Part shown: positions 9,002-15,044 of the stretch, one piece after another
Layout: each line of letters starts with the position of its first letter
Numbering within the stretch: the stretch's first letter is position 1
Origin: Armatimonadia bacterium
GTDB taxonomy: Bacteria > Armatimonadota > Zipacnadia > Zipacnadales > UBA11051
NCBI GenBank assembly: GCA_039683575.1
Contig: JBDKRC010000296.1
Span: 1-17,133, forward strand
DNA length: 17,133 nt
Direction of reading: 5' to 3'
Position numbers and translations under genes: made by a program
The notes under the pieces: model-generated
Databases searched by the model: none
Told to the model about the DNA's origin: nothing
Seen by the model: the letters and a program-made list of their open reading frames with translations, nothing else

Positions 9002-9652
9002 CTAGTCCAGGCCGCGCTGCAGTTCCGCGTCGATGAAGTACCGCACCAGTTCGATCTGGTTGCGCAGACCCAGCTTGTGCATGGCGTGGGCCCGGTGGGT
9101 TTCGGCGGTGCGGGTGCTGATGAAGAGCCGCTTGCCAATCTCGGCGCTGGTCAGGCCCTGAGCCGCCAGTTGGATGACATCGAACTCACGCGGCGTCAGC
9201 GCGTCCACTCCCGCGCTCTCCTGCCCCTGGCCGTTCCCGAAGGCATCCAGCACCCGTTGCCGCAGGCACGGCGTAAGGTAGCGGTGCCCCGCGGCGACCT
9301 CACGAATCGCCGTCGCAACCTCGTCAGCCTCCGACTCCTTGAGCACGTACGCCGCCGCCCCCGCGCGCAGGGCCTCCAGCACATAGGCATCGCTCTTGTG
9401 CATGGACAGCACGATGATACCGATCTCGGGGAACCGTTCGCGGAGGGTGCGGATCAGCGCGGCACCCGACAGGCCGGGCATGGTGAGGTCGAGCACGATG
9501 AACTGCGGGTGCAGGCTCTCGGCCAGCGTCAGGGCCTGCTCGCCATTCGCCGCCTCCCCGACCACCTCTATGTCAGGCTCATTGTCGAGAAGCAGGCAAA
9601 GCCCATAGCGCACAATCTCATGGTCGTCGGCGCAGATAATCGTGAAACTCAT
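9002..9652 (-). CDS. NarL/FixJ-family response regulator (REC + LuxR HTH)
   Basis: ADDHEIVRYG, phosphoacceptor in IVLDLTMPGLSG, YVLKES, and C-terminal LTPREFDVIQLAAQGLTSAEIGKRLFISTRTAETHR. Start set at ATG 9652 (MSFTII) with GAGG upstream. Confidence 0.92.
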   Translation of the reverse strand: MSFTIICADDHEIVRYGLCLLLDNEPDIEVVGEAANGEQALTLAESLHPQFIVLDLTMPGLSGAALIRTLRERFPEIGIIVLSMHKSDAYVLEALRAGAAAYVLKESEADEVATAIREVAAGHRYLTPCLRQRVLDAFGNGQGQESAGVDALTPREFDVIQLAAQGLTSAEIGKRLFISTRTAETHRAHAMHKLGLRNQIELVRYFIDAELQRGLD

Positions 9653-9763
9653 GGAGAAGCCCTCTAACGAGAAAGTGCACCTCGACAAGCACCTGTTCGG
9701 CATGAACTACCCGAAACCCTTCAAGGGCAGGTAAATTGTGTGTTAGCGTTGAATCCCTAGCGC

Positions 9764-10255
9764 ATGAACCAGGGATGCCTGAAGACTTTCGCACTCGGAC
9801 TGCTCTTGCTCGGAGTCCTGCTGGCGCTGCTCGGAATCGTGTTCCTGCTCGCCCCCGGGCGGGCGGGTACTGGCCTCATCATGCTGCTGATCGGCGGCGC
9901 GATCATCGCCTTCTCAGCCAGCCGTCTCCGCGTGATGAAGAACCTCTCCCCCGAGGGCGTCGAACAACAGCTACAGGCCGCTGCGGCCGCCTCGGGTGGC
10001 GAATTGACGGTCACCGAGGCCGTCGCGCTCACTGCCCTCGAGGACGGCGTGGTGCGCGCGGGCCTTGAGCGGCTCTTGCACAAGGACCTCGTTCGTCTCG
10101 AGCGCCGCGACGGCTCCGACTACTATATCTTCCCCGGCCTCACCGAGACAAAGATGATCAAAAAGTGCCCCTACTGCGGCAATGAGTACCCTCTGAAGCA
10201 AGCTGGCCGGACCTGCCCCTCGTGCGGCGGCAACCTCGAGATACGCCCCGAATAG
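9764..10255 (+). CDS. Hypothetical membrane protein: two TM helices plus C-terminal zinc ribbon
   Basis: Two hydrophobic segments in about the first 50 aa. C-terminal CPYC-x11-CPSC. Coding-like GC3 bias. Confidence 0.8.
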   Translation: MNQGCLKTFALGLLLLGVLLALLGIVFLLAPGRAGTGLIMLLIGGAIIAFSASRLRVMKNLSPEGVEQQLQAAAAASGGELTVTEAVALTALEDGVVRAGLERLLHKDLVRLERRDGSDYYIFPGLTETKMIKKCPYCGNEYPLKQAGRTCPSCGGNLEIRPE

Positions 10256-10296
10256 GCCGCGCGCCCTGAGAATTTCAGATTTCCCGCAGAATTTGA

Positions 10297-10322
10297 GGAA
10301 CATATTCGCGGTTTTGGTGTAA
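10297..10322 (+). promoter_or_regulatory. ECF-sigma-like promoter candidate
   Basis: GGAAC (10297-10301), N16, TGTAA (10318-10322) in an AT-rich intergenic patch, consistent with generic ECF -35 GGAAC / -10 (C/T)GT geometry. Confidence 0.4.
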
Positions 10323-10327
10323 CATAT

Positions 10328-10471
10328 ATGTGCAGCTCGATCAGGGTAAAGCCCGCTCTCAGTAGGGGGATGTTGGCAGCCAACGGCTGCTTAACCCTAC
10401 CGAAAGCAGCCGCTGGACTTTATACGGGTGGACAGGGAACAGCACCCGTTGTCGGTACAGCGGTTTTTTTT
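10328..10471 (+). ncRNA. Candidate structured small RNA or leader RNA with a 5' segment antisense to prepilin (GFTLIEL) coding sequence
   Basis: Follows the ECF-like promoter. 10332-10361 is the reverse complement of TG AGA GCG GGC TTT ACC CTG ATC GAG CTG C. Stems at 10362-10400, 10384-10412 and 10410-10463, then T8 at 10464-10471. Boundaries are inferred. Confidence 0.45.
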
Positions 10472-10508
10472 GCCTGCAGGTTGACCGTCCTTTGAACGGA
10501 GGCATGTC

Positions 10509-12551
10509 ATGACCTGTCGGAATGCTGTGTCCTTTCTTATCTGCCTCGCCGCCGTTTTCTTCCCCACTTCCTCCCCGCTTTTCGCCGCCGGCCACGACGC
10601 CACCATCGTCGTTCACCCCGATCGGGTCACCGGCAGGGTCAACCCCCTCATCTTCGGCAACAACCAGCTCGCCTACCAGGAGCGCCCCGAGTACAGCAAC
10701 CAGGGCGCGGGCATCTGGGACCCGGTTAGGCACGCCCCCGTACCGGAGTATGTCGAGCTCTCCAAGCAGGCCGGCATCACCATCCAGCGCTGGCCCGGCG
10801 GCTGCACTGCGCACAACTACAACTGGAAGAAGACTGTCGGCCCCCTCGCCGAGCGGCCACAGATGCTGTTCGGCCTCCCCGAGTTCATGCGCTACTGCGA
10901 AGACACCGGCGCCCAGGCCCTGATCACCCTCTCCGTCTACTGGGGCAGCGAAGCCGACGCCGCGGACATCGTCGAATACCTCAACCTCCCCGTGGGCAAG
11001 AACCCCAACGGCGGTCCTGACTGGGCCGCCGTCCGTGCCGCCGATGGCCACCCGCAGCCATACAACGTGATCTACTTCGAGTATGGCAACGAGGACTACC
11101 ACGGCGAGCACAAGACCAAAGACAACCCCAACCCGCGCAAAATCACCCCCGAAGACTACGCCCGCCAGTACCTCGCCTATCAGCAGGCCATGAAGGCCCT
11201 CGATCCCCGCATTCGCCTCGGCGGGCTGCTGCAGTACGGTCTCTGGGACTGGAACAAGGCCGTCTTGCAGGGCTGCGGCAAGCAAATGGACTTCGGCATC
11301 GAGCACACCTACACTCCCGGCTTCCAGGGCGACACGGACGAGACCAGGGGCCGTCTCTACATGCGCGCCTGCGCGGCCTCGGATCTGCACATCCAGCGCA
11401 TCTATGACAAGCTGCACGCCCAGATCAAGGAAGTCTGCGGGCGGGACGACATGCAGCTTGCCATAACCGAGTACAACGGCTGGTTCGTGCAGGAGAAGCC
11501 TGTCCCGTATCGCCAGGCCTTTGCCAACGCCCTGCGCAACGCCGAGCACCTGCGCGTGATGATGCGCCCCGAGAACCGCATCCTCATGGGCAACTTCTGG
11601 GAGTTCGCGAACGAGTACTGGGGGATGGTGAAAGGCTTCGTGGACCGGGGCCAGACGCCGGTTAGGCAGGCCAACTACTTCCCGTACCAGATGTATCACG
11701 AGCACTTCGGCGACACGCTGGTGGCCTGCGACGTCCAGTGCGGCACCTGGGACTTCCCCGGCGGCCCGCTTCCCGCGCGCCAGGGCACGCCCAGTACCTT
11801 CAAGCTCTTCGATGAGAACCTGCTGCCGAAGGATTACGTGTGGGAGCCCCGTCAGCCCGAGCAGGGGGCCACGCAGAAGATCGAGGGGCAGGTCGTGGCG
11901 GTGGAGTTCTCCGGCAATGACGTGAACTACTATTCAGCTCGCACCACCCTACCCGCCGAGGGCGGCATGGGCTATCGTGTGACCGGCTCCATCAAGACCG
12001 AGGGCATCACCGACGCGCATGGCCTCGGCTTCCAGGTCGGCGACGCTCGCGGCTGGACCGAGACCAAGTCCTGCCAACTCGGCGGCAGCGTTAGCGGCAC
12101 GAAGGACTGGCAGAAGGTCGAGATCGAGTACACAACGCTGCCGGACGCCACGCAGATCGAGATCCTCGCCCGCCGCCTCGGCGGCACGGGCAACATCTCC
12201 GGCAAGGGCTGGTGGCGGCTCGACAGCGTCCAGAAGTTCCGCCCGGAGAACAGCGGAGCGGTCCCGGACCTGGGCGTCAACACCGCCCGGCGCGCCGACG
12301 GCACCATCACGCTGATGATCGTGAACAAAAACTTCGACGAGGCAGTGCCGGTGCGGATCGAGGTCGAGAAGGGGAAGCCACAGGCGGGGAAGGCGCGGGC
12401 CTGGCTGCTGACGGGGCCGTCACCCGAGGCCAACAATCTCAAGCAGCCGGATAACATCAAGCTGACCGAGGAGCCAGTGGCAGTGCGCGACGGGGCCTAT
12501 TGGCTGACGCTGCCGGGGTGTTCGATGGCGGCGGTGGAAATCGCACCCTGA
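10509..12551 (+). CDS. Secreted clan GH-A glycoside hydrolase, GH51 (alpha-L-arabinofuranosidase)-like, with an inserted CBM4/9-like domain
   Basis: Signal-peptide-like N-terminus. VNPLIFGNN, QRWPGGC, YFEYGNE (acid/base) and AITEYN (nucleophile). Beta-sandwich segment YRVTGSIKTEG...GTKDWQKVEIEYTT. C-terminus TLPGCSMAAVEI. RBS GGAGG at 10498-10502. Confidence 0.8.
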   Translation: MTCRNAVSFLICLAAVFFPTSSPLFAAGHDATIVVHPDRVTGRVNPLIFGNNQLAYQERPEYSNQGAGIWDPVRHAPVPEYVELSKQAGITIQRWPGGCTAHNYNWKKTVGPLAERPQMLFGLPEFMRYCEDTGAQALITLSVYWGSEADAADIVEYLNLPVGKNPNGGPDWAAVRAADGHPQPYNVIYFEYGNEDYHGEHKTKDNPNPRKITPEDYARQYLAYQQAMKALDPRIRLGGLLQYGLWDWNKAVLQGCGKQMDFGIEHTYTPGFQGDTDETRGRLYMRACAASDLHIQRIYDKLHAQIKEVCGRDDMQLAITEYNGWFVQEKPVPYRQAFANALRNAEHLRVMMRPENRILMGNFWEFANEYWGMVKGFVDRGQTPVRQANYFPYQMYHEHFGDTLVACDVQCGTWDFPGGPLPARQGTPSTFKLFDENLLPKDYVWEPRQPEQGATQKIEGQVVAVEFSGNDVNYYSARTTLPAEGGMGYRVTGSIKTEGITDAHGLGFQVGDARGWTETKSCQLGGSVSGTKDWQKVEIEYTTLPDATQIEILARRLGGTGNISGKGWWRLDSVQKFRPENSGAVPDLGVNTARRADGTITLMIVNKNFDEAVPVRIEVEKGKPQAGKARAWLLTGPSPEANNLKQPDNIKLTEEPVAVRDGAYWLTLPGCSMAAVEIAP

Positions 12552-12557
12552 CCTCTC

Positions 12558-12634
12558 CGCGTGGTTGGCATGCTCAGCATGCCGGAACAACACACCGTAG
12601 CATGTTCCGGCATGCGGAGCATGCCTACCACGCG
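12558..12634. repeat. REP doublet, family A, diverged full-length copy
   Basis: 77 bp CGCG...CGCG. The left arm has GTTG for GTAG and loop TCA. The 15-nt spacer differs in sequence and appears inverted relative to copies 1 and 2. Confidence 0.88.
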
Positions 12635-12643
12635 ACAGAAACA

Positions 12644-12675
12644 ATGCGGCCCACTCGCTCTTGGGTGGGCCGCAT
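12644..12675. terminator. Hairpin terminator between convergent GH51-like and DUF1559 genes
   Basis: ATGCGGCCCAC-N10-GTGGGCCGCAT, followed by TGTTTCT on the minus strand and CATTT on the plus strand. Confidence 0.6.
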
Positions 12676-12705
12676 CATTTCATGCCTCATGTCTCTGCTG
12701 CAGGT

Positions 12706-13374
12706 CTAGGGCCCATTGCAGCCCCACGGCTCGGGGTCTCTCGCCAACGTTGCTGCCTTGAACCACTTGGCGTGGCCGTCGAGGAAGGCGACGTTGCCGC
12801 CCTCGTTGTGCCGGCCCATGTACGTCCAGTCATAGGCGGGTTCCGTTCCACTGCTCAGGTTGCGGGTCAGCGCCGTATAGCCTGCGCAACTGGTGCCGCC
12901 CGGATGCCAGTAGCAGTACCAGGTGTTGGCATCAACCAGCATCATAAGCTTCGCGGGACTGGTAAAGACGGCCAGCGCGTTCCCACCACCGCCATTGCGG
13001 TCTATCCAAACATACCACGTGTGGTTGGTCATCGGGGCCGCATAGCTGCAAGCATCGGGCGACGTCTGGTCGGCAATCGAGTGGCTGGGACAGAAACGGA
13101 CCTGCTTGTTCTTCAGATACGGCTCGCAGGCGTCGAACCAGCGAACGCGAGCGGGAGGGGCGCCGCCGGGCCCAACCCACGCCGCGGGCATTCTCTCATC
13201 ATAGTCCTGGGTATACTGCATTACCCCCAGGCTCAACTGCTTGATGTTGGACAGACAACTGGCCTGTCGCGCCTTCTCACGAGCCTTGGCAAAGACCGGA
13301 AACAGAATCGCTGCCAGAATCGCAATGATGGCGATAACCACGAGAAGTTCAATAAGCGTGAATCCTCGGCGCAT
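12706..13374 (-). CDS. Prepilin-type N-terminal cleavage/methylation domain protein, DUF1559 / H-X9-DG family
   Basis: [47 protein letters not shown] and C-terminal [16 protein letters not shown] (H-X9-DG). RBS GGAGG. Confidence 0.93.
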   Translation of the reverse strand: MRRGFTLIELLVVIAIIAILAAILFPVFAKAREKARQASCLSNIKQLSLGVMQYTQDYDERMPAAWVGPGGAPPARVRWFDACEPYLKNKQVRFCPSHSIADQTSPDACSYAAPMTNHTWYVWIDRNGGGGNALAVFTSPAKLMMLVDANTWYCYWHPGGTSCAGYTALTRNLSSGTEPAYDWTYMGRHNEGGNVAFLDGHAKWFKAATLARDPEPWGCNGP

Positions 13375-13515
13375 CTTCGGTTCCTCCGCTATTCAGGATG
13401 AGATTCCGCAAGCAAATGTAATAATTGGCTATACATCCTGAGACTTCCTGCAACTTTCTGTGAGAAGTGAGCGATATTTCTCTGACGGAGCGCCCTGGAA
13501 AGGTCTGAGGATGGA

Positions 13516-14880
13516 CTAGCTATACGTGAAATACCCCGTCATCTTGCCCTCATCGCTGCACGTCAGCCGCACCCAGTGCGCGCTGAACCCCGCCGGGAAC
13601 TCGTGGTGCCAGTAGAACCCCGGCTTCAGCCGCATCCGGTCGTACTCCTGCCAACTCCCGTCGCCCAGGAAGTCCACCTCGACCGTCACCTCAACCGGCT
13701 TGTCGCCATGGTTCACCAGATGCAGCACCTTCTGATCGAACCCCGTCATCAGGAACGGGTCCGACGGCTGCCCTGCCGACACGTCCGCCTTCCACCACGG
13801 CCCGCCCCAGCCCTTCGGCTTGCCGAACTGCCACAGGTCGTCGGTCTTGCCAAACCATAGCCCCGCCTGCGGCTGACCCACCAGCAGGTTCGTGTCGCCA
13901 ATTGGCGTTGTCTGGTTGCCCGCGAGCACCAGCAGCCCCCGCCACGAGCAGTAGTCCGGCGTGATCCGCAGATGCGTGCTGATCGGCCGTACGCCCCACA
14001 GCTTGCCCTCATACAGCACCGGCGAGAACTCGTAGAACATGCCGTGGCAGTCCATCAGGTACCGCTCGCTCTCGACCTCGCGAATCCGCGGCCACTCCGT
14101 CTGCCAGTAATGGTCGAAGCAGTGGCTCGCCTTGGGCAGCAGGTACCGCGACCACTTCCCGCCCAAGCACACCCGCAGGATCGCCGACGCCCGGTCAAAC
14201 CCGCTGGCGAAGATCACGTTGTCCCAGTTCGTCCGCCCCGTCACTTCATTGAAGCACGTGCTCTCGATGATCCGCCATTCCCCGTCCACATACTCCGCCA
14301 GCCGCCCCGCGGCGCGTTCGCCCTTGAACTCCGGCTCGTCGTAGGTGTTGTTCGCCACCACGATCCGCCCCTGGCTGGTGTGCGCGCCCTTGTAGTGCGG
14401 CTGCGCGTCCTCCGGCAAGGCCAGCTCCTTGTTCATGTCCCAAAGCTGGGTCGCCTGCAGCGTCTCCACATCCACCTCAAACAGCAGGCCCTCCATGGTC
14501 AGGAAATACACCATCCGCGCCGGGTCGGTCAGGTGCAGCATCGTCGCGGTCAGCCGGTGCCCCTGGATTGCCTCCACGGTCCGCACGTCGCCATCCATGC
14601 TGATGAAATGCGGCCCCATGATGAGTTGGCTCGTGGCCGGATGGATCATGCGGTTGGCATAGGTCCCCACCACACTCGCCGGGTGCTTCTCCATCCGCAT
14701 GTTGTCATCAATCGAGAACAGCCCGGTCCCCCCACCCGAACCCGGCCCGGACGAGGGATAGGTGATCAGCCACAGCCGGTCCGCCCAGGGCATCAGGGCC
14801 CCAATGCCACCCTCCGTCCGCTGCGGCAGATGATCGCAAACCAGCGCCAACTCAGGGACAACGCCGTTGAAGTTGTGCAT
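13516..14880 (-). CDS. Conserved-looking hypothetical protein (Trp/His-rich, probably beta-propeller)
   Basis: Long ORF with strong GC3 bias. Start set at ATG 14880 (MHNFNG) because GAGGT lies 5 nt upstream, while the longer ORF start runs through a REP. No clear signal peptide. Confidence 0.75.
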   Translation of the reverse strand: MHNFNGVVPELALVCDHLPQRTEGGIGALMPWADRLWLITYPSSGPGSGGGTGLFSIDDNMRMEKHPASVVGTYANRMIHPATSQLIMGPHFISMDGDVRTVEAIQGHRLTATMLHLTDPARMVYFLTMEGLLFEVDVETLQATQLWDMNKELALPEDAQPHYKGAHTSQGRIVVANNTYDEPEFKGERAAGRLAEYVDGEWRIIESTCFNEVTGRTNWDNVIFASGFDRASAILRVCLGGKWSRYLLPKASHCFDHYWQTEWPRIREVESERYLMDCHGMFYEFSPVLYEGKLWGVRPISTHLRITPDYCSWRGLLVLAGNQTTPIGDTNLLVGQPQAGLWFGKTDDLWQFGKPKGWGGPWWKADVSAGQPSDPFLMTGFDQKVLHLVNHGDKPVEVTVEVDFLGDGSWQEYDRMRLKPGFYWHHEFPAGFSAHWVRLTCSDEGKMTGYFTYS

Positions 14881-14902
14881 GAGGAACCTCATGAATCGTG
14901 AT

Positions 14903-14931
14903 CGCGTGGTAGGCACACTCCGTGTGCCGGA
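14903..14931 (+). repeat. Family A REP single arm with compensatory stem changes
   Basis: CGCGTGGTAGGCACAC-TCC-GTGTGCCGGA compared with consensus GGCATGC-TCC-GCATGCC. Confidence 0.8.
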
Positions 14932-14951
14932 CTCGCATTGCTTGAGCAATT

Positions 14952-15033
14952 ACGCGTAGGTGGGTGCGTCTCGCACCCACACCACCGGCCACCTCTCGCA
15001 AGGCGTGGGTTCGTCCCGAACCCACCTACGCGT
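14952..15033. repeat. REP doublet, family B (GTAG-GTGGGT)
   Basis: ACGCGTAG-GTGGGTGCG-TCT-CGCACCCAC (14952-14980) and the inverted arm GTGGGTTCG-TCC-CGAACCCAC-CTACGCGT (15005-15033). Confidence 0.85.
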
Positions 15034-15044
15034 CCCTGTAAGAG

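Noticed and set aside
10316-10336. Resemblance to a Xer dif site (minus strand GCTGCACATA-TATGTTACAC versus XerC/XerD arms)
   Set aside because: The central 6-bp spacer required between the arms is absent, and the segment is explained by the promoter/TSS region.
10171-10383. 70-aa minus-strand ORF containing GFTLIEL as a real pilin gene
   Set aside because: No hydrophobic helix follows the motif, the TTG start has no clear RBS, and it overlaps the 9764-10255 gene antisense. It is better treated as an antisense seed or a scar (see findings).
14881-14949. N-terminal extension of the 13516 ORF (MLKQCESGTRSVPTTRSRF...)
   Set aside because: It runs through a REP arm, and a better RBS supports the start at 14880.
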